This document shows positions 35,546 through 47,813 of a stretch of 64,000 nt of DNA, in pieces. Position 1 is the first letter of the stretch. The number at the start of each line of letters is the position of its first letter. Under the pieces are notes generated by a model, which saw nothing but the letters and a program-made list of their open reading frames with translations, was not told where the DNA came from and did no database searches. The translations under genes and the position numbers were made by a program. The stretch is from positions 496,001 through 560,000 of the forward strand of contig CP120464.1 in the NCBI GenBank assembly GCA_034226945.1, given 5' to 3'. This DNA comes from Picochlorum sp. SENEW3. Its lineage: Eukaryota.

Positions 35546-37123
35546 ATGAACGGTGGTACCGGTATGACGACTTTGCTGCCAGGAGCATTTCTAAGGACTA
35601 CAGGTGGTGGGTCGTTCCTCTGCAGCAGTGCATTGTATCCCAGTCGAAGACGAGCTCTTGGACCAGAAAGACATCTCTCTAGTAGGATATGTTCATCTAG
35701 AAATCGTGCAGGTATTCCAGATATACTGAATGCACCTGGCTTTCTTCCTAGGGAAGGGAATACTGATGGCATGCCACAAGTTATCCAGCAAATGCTGCCT
35801 TCATGGGCGCCACCTGAGCTCGTGAAAAGAATCTCAGTAACATTTTTAATGCTATTGCTAGCTCGGATAGGACATTACATTGCTTTACCAGGTTTGGATC
35901 TTGGTGTTTTAGCAGCGGCAACAGCAGGAGATGGGTCAGTTCCACAATCACTGACATCCTCATTGACTGGCACGGCCTCTGAACTCGGTGGGAATATATA
36001 TTTGCTTTCCATCACCCCTTATATGACTGCGGGATTAACCTTGGCGGCGCTTCAATTGATACCGGAGATTAAAAGGCATATTGAATTGCTGAGAGAGGAG
36101 GGTCGGTCGGGTCGAGAGACAATCAACCATTATACAAACACTCTATTTGTAGGAGCTGCTTTAGTGCAAGCGATCACGAATGCGTCTCAGTTGTCTTTTG
36201 CAGCAAAATCAGCCGGGAAGTTTTTCAAGATCCAGTCCATTGTGACTCTAATGGCAGGCGCAGTGCTGTGTAAATTTGCTGTCCAAAATATTGACCAACA
36301 TGGCCTTGGGGATGGCACTGGTGTTGTAATTGGTGCTGGGATCGCCCTAAGCTATTCAGAATATCTTTCCAAAGCATTTCAGGCCTTTATAAGAGCGCCA
36401 CTACCTCCTATGGTCAACATTGCAGCGGCTGTTCTGTTGTGCTTTGCTAGTGTCGTTCTTGTGACATGGGTCCAAGGCATGGAGTTGAGGCTTCCTCTGA
36501 GTTTCTTCTCCGCCCGGCGGACTGAGAATACAAATCAAACCCACCATCCAGTCGTAGAGAAACTTTCCTCATCATCGATTGACATGCAATCTCTCTTTCC
36601 TTTGAGACTGAGCCCCTCTGGTACAAGACAACTCCTATTTGCGAATTTCTGGGCAAGTTTACTCGATGCCCCACTGTCTGCAATTGGGTTTCCTGGACTC
36701 TTGAATAACCCGTTCATGTTTGCTGCTGTGGTTTTCATATTTGAAGCGTTAAGTTTCGCAGATGCCACACCAAAGCAAATAGCCAGCTTCTTGGCTCAGA
36801 ATGATGCAGTGATTGTTGGTCTGAGTCCTGGGGATGCCACAAAATCGTTCCTTCGGCGCAGAAAGGCTCAGTTAAAATTCAACAATGCAGCTTTTATCGC
36901 ATCAATTTCCCTAGTGTCTAGATTGATTGATGCGATTTGCTTTGCATTGATTGGAGTTGCTCCAGGAATGTTGAACTTGTTATTGCTGGTCAGCACTATC
37001 TTGGGTGGTGCGCGGCAGGTCCAGGCGCTTGCAGCTGGAAACTCGGTCGAAGCAACGCTCAAATGCGAGTCAAAGAAGCTTGAAATAATCGCGCGGCATG
37101 GTTTCTATCCTCGTGCCACATGA
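35546..37123 (+). CDS. SecY-family preprotein translocase, likely plastid SCY2-type
   Basis: RIGHYIALPG, LSITPYMTA, GLGDGTGVVI, GLSPGDATKSFL; many TM segments. Confidence 0.75.
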   Translation: MNGGTGMTTLLPGAFLRTTGGGSFLCSSALYPSRRRALGPERHLSSRICSSRNRAGIPDILNAPGFLPREGNTDGMPQVIQQMLPSWAPPELVKRISVTFLMLLLARIGHYIALPGLDLGVLAAATAGDGSVPQSLTSSLTGTASELGGNIYLLSITPYMTAGLTLAALQLIPEIKRHIELLREEGRSGRETINHYTNTLFVGAALVQAITNASQLSFAAKSAGKFFKIQSIVTLMAGAVLCKFAVQNIDQHGLGDGTGVVIGAGIALSYSEYLSKAFQAFIRAPLPPMVNIAAAVLLCFASVVLVTWVQGMELRLPLSFFSARRTENTNQTHHPVVEKLSSSSIDMQSLFPLRLSPSGTRQLLFANFWASLLDAPLSAIGFPGLLNNPFMFAAVVFIFEALSFADATPKQIASFLAQNDAVIVGLSPGDATKSFLRRRKAQLKFNNAAFIASISLVSRLIDAICFALIGVAPGMLNLLLLVSTILGGARQVQALAAGNSVEATLKCESKKLEIIARHGFYPRAT

Positions 37124-37193
37124 CGCAAAGCGGTATTGGAATTAACAAATGAATGAATGCATCAACACAAATGCCTCATATTATACACATAGT

Positions 37194-37731
37194 TCAACCA
37201 AACAAAGCAGATATTGAGAGTTTTTGAACTTCAGACACAGTTTGCGGATAGTCGTCTTGATTATCCAGACGGCATGATTTGGCAGATTTGTACACAGCCT
37301 TCCCAACACCTCTTCCTTCTTGCTTCTCGACAGCCTTTTTCATTCTCCATTTGCATCCATTAATTATGCTTTCCAATTCACGTAGCGGGTCTGAGGAAGC
37401 CATGATCTTTTGTATGTCGACATAATCAAAAACACCGCCATCCATTGCGTCTATAATCGCGGCCCAGCAACGATCACAGTCGCTTGTCTTGCTAAAATCA
37501 CCTACACACCGACACAAAGTAAACGCGTCAATTCAAAATTAAGAGGCATCTCCCTCGGAAGACCTCACCTTTTTCACAATTGGATTTCAAACCCGACATG
37601 TCCAACGAATCAAAGTATGATCTGCTAATGGGACATTTGTTTTTCTTCTTCCCCGCGACAAGACCAAACGCGGCAGTTGCCACGATCAGCTGCAGCAGCA
37701 ATATGGCACCCCCGATATCTCTGACTCTCAT
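37194..37731 (-). CDS. Small secreted Cys-containing protein, 2 exons
   Basis: Signal peptide, donor gaaaaag|gtgagg near 37565, acceptor gtgtag|gtgat near 37502; Cys pairs. Confidence 0.6.
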
Positions 37732-38180
37732 TTATACAGTTCAATATGAATGATAGTAAATGTTGGATATCGTGTGAAGAGTGTTGGGCTCTGCTCCGCA
37801 CATATATAATGGCGTGAGTGTTGTATTGGCATTTGTGGCGCCACGTGGCATTGTGCACAATGGGACGCTGGAGGCGCCAATATTGTCAGGTATTTACATT
37901 CAAATCCCAAGTGCATGCACATCAATCGTCACGCAACAGATTATTTGCAGTTGTGAGAATATTTAATCGAACGCTACAGGGAAATCTTGCAATGATCCCT
38001 GCTTTGTTCTCTTCAAACAAATTTGCATCTAACATCTCAAATTCCAGTTCAGCTATACAATATCAGATCCATCCACGGCTTGGACGGATTATGTTTGGTC
38101 ATAACTTTGATCGCTGGTCAAAGTCATGCCATGAAGAAAAAGAAACATATTGCCACATGGACTTTGAAGGGTTTGGCAGT

Positions 38181-38738
38181 TCAGTCATCATAGGAACCAA
38201 TGATGATGATATCATCCTCTCCTTCAGCATCAGATTCTTTCTCTTTCTTATTATCTTTTGTGCCAAGGCTTATTTTCACGTGGGAAGGTCTCTTCACGTG
38301 CAGGAAGTCTTTCAATTCAGAGGGTTCCTCGACCTCAGAGGATTTCTTCACATCTTCATCACACACATCTGTCTCCTTAAGCGCCACCCCATACGACGAA
38401 GCAAGATCGGGATGCATTTTTCGCAAATGTGTCAAAAGTTTGCGACGCTCGAATTTCCGAGGACTTTGGAGAAGCATGTTTTCAAAGCATTTTGGACAAG
38501 GGTCCCCTCCAGCATCATTCCCAAAGGGACAATACACCTGGCTATACACCTTTGTAGGACCCTTGTCAACTCGCACAACCTTTGTTTTCCGCCCTCCTTT
38601 ATTCTGACGAATCATCTCCAAAAAGCCCTGCCACAATTTGTTAATCTGCTTGCAAGACACCCGTCGTCTCTTCACGCCGTCCTTTGCGACCCCCAAACCG
38701 ACCTTGCCGACAGAGGGTTCGCCACCCTTTCCCATCAC
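38181..38738 (-). CDS. Hypothetical protein with a possible atypical C2H2 zinc finger
   Basis: YCPF...CPKCF...KLLTHLRKMH, acidic tail. Confidence 0.45.
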   Translation of the reverse strand: MMGKGGEPSVGKVGLGVAKDGVKRRRVSCKQINKLWQGFLEMIRQNKGGRKTKVVRVDKGPTKVYSQVYCPFGNDAGGDPCPKCFENMLLQSPRKFERRKLLTHLRKMHPDLASSYGVALKETDVCDEDVKKSSEVEEPSELKDFLHVKRPSHVKISLGTKDNKKEKESDAEGEDDIIIIGSYDD

Positions 38739-39207
38739 GTCCCGTCAGCACCCAAGAAGTAATAAAGATATATCTTTGTATATAATTGATGCGATTTAGA
38801 GCCTTGCAGAACAAACAGACTGTGATCGCGTCGACCTAGAGCAGAACTGGACAGACGTCTCTCGACACTCACGAGTCGCCAAACAGTCACTCTGTGTTGG
38901 TGCGCAAGTACTGTGAATATAAACCTGGTAATTATAGTAGATAGATTCACCACATTTTAAAGTAAAATGGAGGCAAAACCTCGGCGTTTTCGTACTCAGA
39001 ACGAGTACGGCCCATGACGTATGCGAGATGTGAGCCTTCGGTCGCGCATCATGTACGACCGATTCAGATCTGCAACTGTCGCAACAAGACGGCTCAAGTT
39101 CCTTAAATAACATATATAAGATATTCGTCACCAATAGGACTTGCATCGTAGAAAGCCCCTCGTCACCCATATGTTTTCAATATCAACATTCGAAATTACA
39201 TTTCAGT

Positions 39208-39948
39208 ATGAATCGGGTAGGGAAACAGTGCATGAGAAGAGCGTGCCAGGCTCTACAACAGCACGAGAACCAAGCACAAAGTCTCTTTTCCTCCAGTAGC
39301 CTTTACCGACCCAATACAATGCCATTATCACTTGTATCAAAAGATGTATATGTTATGCGGACATTCTCCTCGCATGGAAGCGCGAACTCACTGTCTCCTC
39401 CACGAGTGGCCTCGTCCACCTACTACCACTCCATAGGTTTAGGTCCAGCTCGCCATGCGTCGAGTGAGGCAAGCGCCATGCGCGCAGAGAAAGATGATGA
39501 TGCTACTACTACGTCATCAGGTTCCCCAGAGAACAAGAAGCTGACCATGACGATGGCTGCTGTGGATAGATTGAAAGGCTTGAGGGAAAAAAAGGGTGAG
39601 GTGGACCTCAGAGTGCTTGTCGATGGTGGAGGATGTTCAGGATTCCAGTATGTATTTGAGATTGACTCGAATGGACCAAAAGATGATGATTATATTCTGG
39701 AAGAGAATGGAGTGCGCCTACTATGTGACTCTGTGTCCATGGAATTTCTGCATGGGTCTACCATTGATTTTGAGTCAGATCTGATGAAGTCCAAATTTGT
39801 GGTACGTCTAATACACTTTATATGTTATCATCAATACCAGTAGATATTTATAGTGCACATATGAATGATTCTGTAGGTGTCTGAGAACCCCAATGCTGAA
39901 ATGGGATGTGGATGTGGTAGTTCATTTGCAGTTGGATCAATGGCATGA
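39208..39948 (+). CDS. ISCA2: Mitochondrial A-type Fe-S assembly protein ISCA2, 2 exons
   Basis: LRVLVDGGGCSGFQY; intron ~39802-39876; ENPNAEMGCGCGSSF. Confidence 0.92.
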
Positions 39949-40311
39949 GAGCCTCTTTGCTTCCCAACCCAAACCCATTTTGTTGTCTCATTTGATCTAT
40001 TTGTTTGTAATATATATTAAAATATACGTACTTGCATGTGTATCGAGAGTCTTTTCTTAGCGAGTGTTGTTGAGTTCAGGGACTCCGAGGAGTAAACGTT
40101 GGCAATACTGACTCAATTCTTCTCCCATAGCAATGATCCATCGCAAATAGGCTTTTAAATACTTATTACAGTAGAGAAGAACGAAAGGATACAGTATGGG
40201 TCTCAGTGGCCGACGTTTGAAGCGGGGTACGAGGTCGTACCGCTCAAGTTCGATGCAGCGCTTCGTATGTGCGTTTTTCATCTCTATAGATGGTTGATAT
40301 GGATATAATTG

Positions 40312-42607
40312 ATGTCGAATGGGTGTGCAGTGCCTTCAAAGATGACACAGATTCCTTTCGAGCCCTCCCGGACTGTGGTGGTGTCTTTGGCCACCTACAA
40401 GCATATGGAGGATCCAGAGGGGCATCCTAGAGATCACGAGCATGTATTTGATCGGATGATGACGTATCTATTCTCTGGTATGATGACTAAGTACCCCTAT
40501 TTGCATTCGTACGTGGTATTCTGTTTGGAGTAGTAGTTGACTTCCTTTCATCTCCTTCAGAGACGCATGTTGATATCTGTGTGTTTGTAGGGAGAAGCAT
40601 AGGTCTCTCCTGGGTATACCAATGCTGCGTCCAGATTCTTCCATTATTCATGTGTGGACTGGAGTGATAACTTTTGTTGACTTGACATATACAGCGTTTT
40701 TGGTGCCCTTGTCTATTGCGTTTGATGATATTGTGCAAGGGACGTCTCTATCATGGTTGACAATCACAGATATTGTGGGAAGTACGTGAAAATTTGTATC
40801 GCTTTATTTTATAAATCCGTACCAATTTTGTACATCTTGATCAAGTTTTACACACAAATTTTCCATGGCGTGCAGCATCGTTTTACCTTGTTGATATGGT
40901 GATTGAGTTTCACACTGGCTTTATAGCTGCCTATGACATACGTCGGCAACTCGTGATGCGGAGGGGATTTATTGCGGAGAATTATATGCGCCGAGGAGGA
41001 TTCGTGATTGACGCCTTATCGAGTACGCGATTGTCCCTTTTTTGTTTGGTATACCATCCACCCATGGATGCATCATCTGTTTCCATATTGTCATTATTAT
41101 CATTATTATTATTGCAGTCTTGTCTGTTGTGCCAGAGCTTGCTGGAGCGCTCATTGATAATGCATCTGGTCAATTGTACAAGATTCTATTTTTCTTCAGG
41201 TTGTTGAGATTACTGCGAGTGGTGAGATTATTGGGAGGGGCATCTGGGATTTCCTTTCTTGCAAGCCCCATCAGTACACCAGTGATGAGGGTCATCAACA
41301 CGGCAACATTCTTCTTGCTGAATATCATCTTTACCATGTTTGTATTCATTAACCTTTTAGGATGCATATGGTGGTTTGTCGCTGTGATAGAAGGGCTGCC
41401 GAATTCGTGGGTGGCAGAGGCAGGTGTTAGCTTTGATCTAGAAACAGCAAGTGCTCCATCACAATATGTGACAAGCGTGTACTTTGCCATGACTGTGATT
41501 ACCACGGTTGGTTTCGGAGATATCACTCCTCAAACAACAGCTGAGATGATTGTTGTGACCATCTTTATGGGCTGTGCTGTCTTTTACTTTGGTTACATTG
41601 TCAATGCTGTTGCACAACTGACAACAATGGTGAGCAGCAAGGCACGAGGAACGCAAGTCGTGAGAGAAAAATTAGAAGAGATTGATATCTGGGCGAGTGC
41701 ACGACACATCCCTGAATCTCTAAAGCAGCAAGTGAAAACATATTACCTAGAGGTGTGGGCACCTCACTTTGGAGCACACTTGGATGATGCCGCGCATTTC
41801 AAAGAACTGCCTGTTGCTCTTCGAGCAGAATTGGTTCTCAGTCTAGCTGGAGAAGCATTGCAAAACAGCCACATGCTCTCATCGTTGGACGATGATTTGA
41901 TGGAATTTTTAGCAACCCTTGGAGTGCCTCATCCTGTTATCGCAGGTCATGATTTATTCCGAGAGGGGCAGCCATCCGACTCCTTTTGGGTGCTCCAAGA
42001 AGGAGAAATGGCTGTTCTCCGAGGAATCAAACAGATTGGTGTCATCACAGGACCAGCTGTGCTTGGTCAGGCAGCCATCTTTGCTGGTATGCTTACTGAT
42101 TGCGAGAATCGGATGCACACCATTCGCGCATCAACCAACTGCACCTTGTGGGAGTTCCCAGGAATCTCGTTTGGTCAGGTACTTAGATATCGCCCCAAAG
42201 CTCTCGTTCGAATCGCTCTTCGATACAGAGAAAGCCTGATGCATCTTCAATGGAAATATGGAACACAGCTTCCACACCGCATTGCACGCATGATTGATGA
42301 ACTCGGCCACATTGCGCATCAAGTCTCATCGCAACAATCATTCGTCACATCCTCTGGAAAGACCGTTCATATCCATGAAGATGCACTAGACAAGGGCCAT
42401 GAGGACATATTCCATTTCCCTGAGAGTGCTGAGAGTGGATCATCATACAAGGATCTCAGAGACATTGAAAAACAGAATACAATCATCCACCATGCCAGAA
42501 AATTCGCTGGAGACATCGATGAGGACGACGAAGCTCAGAATGACGTTGCCATTAGAATCAACAAGGATCTTGTTGGCCAGGACTCGACAGGGTCAGAAAC
42601 TCAATAG
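40312..42607 (+). CDS. Voltage-/cyclic nucleotide-gated K+ channel (multi-exon; start approximate)
   Basis: S4 RLLRLLRVVRLL, pore TVITTVGFGDI, cNMP domain FREGQPSDSFWVLQEG; upstream exons include DLTYTAFLVPL. Confidence 0.88.
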
Positions 42608-42615
42608 ACTCATCT

Positions 42616-43146
42616 TTATTTATTTTCACTACTTACGAGAGATTTGGTCACTCTGTGACACAGTATACACCAAGGTATCAATCCAATTACCCCATCAGAA
42701 GCCCCATGCCCCGACAAGAGGGATAGCCATCGCCCCAATGGCCACAGAGTGCTAGGATCCATAAAGCACACAACCTTGGTGTGACCCGTCAGGGCAACAA
42801 ACACGGCCCCGACGAACAACACCATCCTCATTGTCCTAGGCAATGTCACCATATAATGCATCCCAGCAATCGAACGATTCCTACGCATCGTATCCAACTC
42901 CTTCTCCAGAGCTATTGCTTTCCTCTCTGCCTTTGCCGACGCAGCAAACGTCTCCGGTGTCATCAATTTTGCTGCCTCCTTCTTCAAATCTTCTATAGAT
43001 CTAGTCAGCTCCATCTCCTTCTCTCGAGTATCCGGAACCTTCCATTCGAAGGCAAAGCGTTCGAAGAGATTCAGCAAGAAACTTCCGAGGAGAACAGCCA
43101 TTGCAACAATGGCAACGTCATGGGGACTTTTCAAACTATCAAACAT
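42616..43146 (-). CDS. GET1: GET1/WRB-like tail-anchored protein insertion receptor
   Basis: TM, coiled coil (LKKEAAKLMTPETFAASAKAERK), TM, ...WPLG...IGLIPW. Confidence 0.7.
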   Translation of the reverse strand: MFDSLKSPHDVAIVAMAVLLGSFLLNLFERFAFEWKVPDTREKEMELTRSIEDLKKEAAKLMTPETFAASAKAERKAIALEKELDTMRRNRSIAGMHYMVTLPRTMRMVLFVGAVFVALTGHTKVVCFMDPSTLWPLGRWLSLLSGHGASDGVIGLIPWCILCHRVTKSLVSSENK

Positions 43147-43435
43147 TGTGAAGGATTATTTTACATCAATTGCGTGGTTTCGTTGGGCAGATGGACACAT
43201 TGCTTTTTGCTGTTCTAATGTATTTTAATACGGATTTTGAGATGCTCCGCATGGTTTTGTTTTGCACGCAAGTCCGTCTAGAGCATCGCACTGATAATTG
43301 ACCAATGTACTGATTACAGGAATAAATCTGCTGTTTTTGGTACTGCAACGAGATCTGTTGTTCTTATTGTAGTATCAGCTTCCTCGGGAGTACCCCAGCA
43401 TTGCAACGTTGATCACGTCACCTTGAAACAGGACC

Positions 43436-44584
43436 ATGATATCATGCAATCAGCGTTCTCATAGACATACTATGGATATATTTACTCAAAAACATGGAGG
43501 GTTGTGTCCTCACGCCGAAGATTTGGTAGAAGGAGCGGTAGCTCAGTGTCCCTTCCTGAAACGCGTTTCAGAGAAACAGGGCAAAGATTTCGCCAAGAAC
43601 CTCGCACTGAATCCATTTAGTGCAATAAATGGTGTGAAGGAGCAGGGTCGGTCTCCCGAGAAGGCAGCACACCGGCCCTTGTTTCCTGAAGACGAGGGAC
43701 ACAGTTTCCAAGTGGTAATGGACTTGTTCCACGGGCCTCGAGGCTGCGTGCCATTGCATGATACCAATGAAGGTATTAGTGATGAGCAACCTGAGATGCC
43801 ATTGATGGCGTCCATGAGTTTGTCCGGGTTCTCAAATCTCCCAAACTCTGCTGCTAATATGATGCGGAGGCTCCGCTCCAAGAGGAAGCAGCAGCAGCAG
43901 AAACAGAAGAGGCAATTGAAAAACAGCAATCAGGGAGGAAATGCTGTATCGACAAATACAGGCACTGGGTCTTCATCATCTCATGTCTCTGTTGATAAGC
44001 GCCAGGATGGTTTTATCACGCCTCCATCTCATTCTCGGAAAGAGAATCCATCCAAGTATCGGCATAGCAGCAGAGGATTCTCAATCGGCAACTTTTTGTC
44101 GAGCTCTGCGAGTGGAGTGATCGCGTTAGGTGGTGCGAAGCAGCTGCAATGTCCTCCTGCCATAGTTGCCATGCGTGCTGCTGTTGCTCGCATGAAGGCT
44201 GTCAGGCAGTTGAAGCCCCAGGCTCTCCCTATACGAGCCCTTGCTCTCTCGAGTGTGGCCATATCTTTTAATCTTCCGTGTGGCATGCTGAGAGAACATA
44301 CCAAGAAGTTCAGTCCGGGTTGGATCCTGGCAGTGCATGCCACCGTGCCATTTGTTGCCATGCTTCGCAAGGCTGTCATGATGCCTACCTGGGGGCTTGG
44401 TCTGACTGTGGTAGGATCTATCATAGGGCAACAGATCGGAAGCTCTATAGAGAAGAAAAGATTGCGTGGGGAGTTCTCTATACGAATGCCAAGGCCAAAA
44501 GATGTCGCTGCACTTCCTCAGACACTTGTCAAGAGCTTGCTGCCAGATGGTCACCCCGCATCTCCAGCCATCAAAGCATGCTGA
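43436..44584 (+). CDS. Conserved green-lineage protein of unknown function
   Basis: CPFL...FHGPRGCVPL; CPPAIVAMRAAVA..LKPQALP; NLPCGMLREHTKKFSPGWILAVHATVPFVAMLRK. Confidence 0.8.
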   Translation: MISCNQRSHRHTMDIFTQKHGGLCPHAEDLVEGAVAQCPFLKRVSEKQGKDFAKNLALNPFSAINGVKEQGRSPEKAAHRPLFPEDEGHSFQVVMDLFHGPRGCVPLHDTNEGISDEQPEMPLMASMSLSGFSNLPNSAANMMRRLRSKRKQQQQKQKRQLKNSNQGGNAVSTNTGTGSSSSHVSVDKRQDGFITPPSHSRKENPSKYRHSSRGFSIGNFLSSSASGVIALGGAKQLQCPPAIVAMRAAVARMKAVRQLKPQALPIRALALSSVAISFNLPCGMLREHTKKFSPGWILAVHATVPFVAMLRKAVMMPTWGLGLTVVGSIIGQQIGSSIEKKRLRGEFSIRMPRPKDVAALPQTLVKSLLPDGHPASPAIKAC

Positions 44585-44654
44585 TGGGCGTATTACTACT
44601 ATTTTATTATTATTATTCTATCAGAATTTGTATACTAGTATGTTTTTGTAACAT
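44336..44654 (+). repeat. 319-bp direct repeat, left copy (3' CDS plus 3' UTR)
   Basis: Matches 46315-46633 with 2 substitutions. Confidence 0.95.
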
Positions 44655-44830
44655 GGGCTCATTGTTAATACCATAGAATGACTTGGGGTGGCTCTAAGAC
44701 CTGAATCGGAATTCCGGTCATGACTGGACTGATCAGTCATGAGCATCGCCAAATGTATCCGGAGGCTATACGGCATAGAACGTGAAAATCTAGGTAATAG
44801 TTCCTGTCACTACGTATATTTTAGTGCAGA

Positions 44831-45871
44831 ATGAAGAAAAGATTCAACATTTCTGCGTTGTTGATCGTGGCAATCCTTCTCTTGGTAAACTTTATCTGTA
44901 GGAGGAACTGCAAGGCAGAAACTGCAGCTTTGGACGTCTCGCCAATGGCATCGCACGAAAATCTCGAAGAAAGAGATATAGTAATAGTTCAATTTGTTAG
45001 TGCTTCAGTGGTTGGCACATATATGAGAAATTTTCATGAAAATGAGAAGCATTTGTTGTTGCACTTGAACAAGGCGGCACTGCTCATCTGCTCTCCGATA
45101 TCAGACGTGCTAGATGTGCAACGACACCTCATCACGGCTCTCAATTGGACTCATGTTGCATCATACTCTCATATCCATCAGTACACAAATGGTACTATAG
45201 AGGAATATGTGAGTCCGAGGGGCATTCGTATTTTGTTCCAGGCAATGCATGTTAACCTCCCTCCAAAGGTTTTGCAAAACCACCAAATTAAACCATCATG
45301 CGCGGGCAGGACATTCCAGATCTCGTATGCTTTGTACAGTGGGGCAGTTTTTAGCCATCATATTCTCCAACTACCTATTATAGACAAATTCAAGGTCTTT
45401 GTCAAAGTAGATGCAGACCTGACGTTCACTCAGGATGTGTCGTTTGATATCGGGCAAAAGATGATTAGTCAAGGGTGCTCTGTGATGCACTCTGTTTTAG
45501 AGGCTGTCTGGTCAGGTTGCGAAGACGGAAACTTAGAAGCAATCCGAACTTTTGCTGCATCCACAGGTGCCCAACAGCCCTTATCAGATTCATATGAGTG
45601 GTGTAATAAGGATATGCAAGGTAAAAGCACGAGTTCCATCATATATGGTAACTTCATGGGATATTCCCGCGATTTGATACAGCGCATACGTCCGCTAGCC
45701 TCTTGGTTGTATTACGAGTGGCAGATGGGATATTTTGTGAACAGATGGGGTGACCAGGGAGCATCCATTGCATTTGTGTGCTATGCTCTAGACATCCCAG
45801 ACATTACGAATGATCAGAAAGTCTGCGATTTTAGCAAATTAAGAAGTAATGAGTTTATCCACGCTGGATAA
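44831..45871 (+). CDS. Type II membrane glycosyltransferase-like protein (GT15/KRE2-like motifs), intronless
   Basis: N-terminal TM, FVKVDAD (DxD), IYGNF, GYFVNRWGDQ. Confidence 0.65.
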   Translation: MKKRFNISALLIVAILLLVNFICRRNCKAETAALDVSPMASHENLEERDIVIVQFVSASVVGTYMRNFHENEKHLLLHLNKAALLICSPISDVLDVQRHLITALNWTHVASYSHIHQYTNGTIEEYVSPRGIRILFQAMHVNLPPKVLQNHQIKPSCAGRTFQISYALYSGAVFSHHILQLPIIDKFKVFVKVDADLTFTQDVSFDIGQKMISQGCSVMHSVLEAVWSGCEDGNLEAIRTFAASTGAQQPLSDSYEWCNKDMQGKSTSSIIYGNFMGYSRDLIQRIRPLASWLYYEWQMGYFVNRWGDQGASIAFVCYALDIPDITNDQKVCDFSKLRSNEFIHAG

Positions 45872-46314
45872 TCAAGAATAAGAAAAAGACTAGGATGATG
45901 CAAGGAGAGATTACCAATTTTGACCATGTCAGGTAGTACATTACGTGGTACTCTGTACATGTGCAGCTTCCAGGCCATAATTTTTATCCTCCAAGATGAA
46001 GCCAAATCTTTATTATTTGCATGATAGCACAATCATATAGTTGGGACTAACAAACGAACCAAACACTACGTGATAACCAATCATGGTTCTCCACAGTAGC
46101 CACTGGATTCTATTCTTGATAATTCACGATGTCATTTATTTATCCAGCTTGCAGTAGCATCTAAGTTGTCTATTGCCATGCCTTACTTTGAATATAGGCT
46201 CGTGCGGAAATAGCAGTAATAATGGTACACTAATAATGCTACTTACATCCAGAAAGCTGGCTGGAACCACTGCGCATGCGCTGACATGAACTCTAGCAAG
46301 GACATCATTCATGC

Positions 46315-46633
46315 CATGCCACCGTGCCATTTGTTGCCATGCTTCGCAAGGCTGTCATGATGCCTACCTGGGGGCTTGGTCTGACTGTGGTAGGATCTAT
46401 CATAGGGCAACAGATCGGAAGCTCTATAGAGAAGAAAAGATTGCGTGGGGAGTTCTCTATACGAATGCCAAGGCCAAAAGATGTCGCTGCACTTCCTCAG
46501 ACACTTGTCATGAGCTTGCTGCCAGATGGTCACCCCGCATCTCCAGCCATCAAAGCATGCTGATGGGCGTACTACTACTATTTTATTATTATTATTCTAT
46601 CAGAATTTGTATACTAGTATGTTTTTGTAACAT
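46315..46633 (+). pseudogene. Promoterless 3' fragment of the 43436-44584 gene (right repeat copy)
   Basis: Encodes HATVPFVAML...AIKAC* only. Confidence 0.9.
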
Positions 46634-46637
46634 AGTC

Positions 46638-47813
46638 TCATGCACTATGCAATGAAGAGGAAAAATGTGCAGATAATGCTTTGAATTTTGTATGAGAGGA
46701 TGCAGCATGGCACTGATGCAGTTTCCCTTGAATATCCTGTAATAATGCTCGTGTGTCAGCATCTAATGCAGCCGCGTCCTCCGCGTTTCCACACGCCTGC
46801 ATTGCATCAGCAACTTTGGCCTGACTCGTGGCAACATCCAGCATCAAGGACACTTCAATTTCAGGTTGGATCTCCTCTGACTGTTTTAGATAGGTGTCCA
46901 GACGCTCCCGCCTCACATCTAATGCTCGCTGATAGTATGAGAGCGCTTCCTGCAGCTCGCCCTGAATATGATGCAATTCACCAACCTTGTTCAGAGAAAC
47001 ACTCAGTGCATGCAGCGTCTCATTGGTTGAAGACCCAGTCCTGTGTTCATCCGAAGAACTATACCGCAAAGATTCCTGTACTGCGTCAATGCTTTTTGTA
47101 TAATATTCCTTGGCCTCCTCAACATGCCCACTGTTCCTCTCACAATCCCCCAGACACCCATACACTGCCCCCAACTGAGGCAAGACTGCCGTCCTCTCAG
47201 CAGAATCACCCCGCACATACTCTTCAAAAACACGCTTGGATTCCGTAAATTTATGCCGTGCATTCGGGATATTCCCCCCCGACATGGCCCGCATCCCAGC
47301 CTGCAGATGAAAATATGCTCTATCCTGTACCCTCTCCAATGCTGTCTTGTTGGTCATCTCCTTCCCGCCCACAAACCCAACATCTTCCAACTCCCAAAAG
47401 CTCACATCCCCCGCATGAGCTGCTACAAACTCATCTATCGCCTCCTGAATCTCTATATTCGGCTGTATATCGGTGATATCTGCTCCACAAGCAGGACAGT
47501 CTCGACACTTTTCTATACAGTGTTTGCAGAATGTATGCCCACAATTCGTTATCGATGCCTCAAACATGATTGATTTACAAATAATACAATGGAAAATACC
47601 CATTCGAGGCCCCTCCTTTCCAGACCCAAACCCGAGTGGACATGTCCCAACTTCTGCGGAACGCTCTCTGGAAGAATTCGATCCTGTTTCTTGCTCATCG
47701 CTGTCTATATTTCTTTCTGAAGATTTCCTCTTCGATTCTGATGCTTCATGAGGTGAGCCCTGTGTATCAGTCTTGTTCTCCCATAGGTACGAAAACGGGC
47801 ACTTGGAGGCCAT
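46638..47813 (-). CDS. NCA1: NCA1-like RING + TPR catalase chaperone
   Basis: KCPFS/CPLGF, RING CIIC...CGHTFC..C..CPAC, QLGAVYGCLGDC, HALSVSLNKVGEL. Confidence 0.85.
   Translation of the reverse strand: MASKCPFSYLWENKTDTQGSPHEASESKRKSSERNIDSDEQETGSNSSRERSAEVGTCPLGFGSGKEGPRMGIFHCIICKSIMFEASITNCGHTFCKHCIEKCRDCPACGADITDIQPNIEIQEAIDEFVAAHAGDVSFWELEDVGFVGGKEMTNKTALERVQDRAYFHLQAGMRAMSGGNIPNARHKFTESKRVFEEYVRGDSAERTAVLPQLGAVYGCLGDCERNSGHVEEAKEYYTKSIDAVQESLRYSSSDEHRTGSSTNETLHALSVSLNKVGELHHIQGELQEALSYYQRALDVRRERLDTYLKQSEEIQPEIEVSLMLDVATSQAKVADAMQACGNAEDAAALDADTRALLQDIQGKLHQCHAASSHTKFKALSAHFSSSLHSA

Noticed and set aside
37818..38762. 314-aa plus-strand ORF
   Set aside because: TTG start, no motifs, antisense to a more protein-like ORF; likely a shadow ORF.
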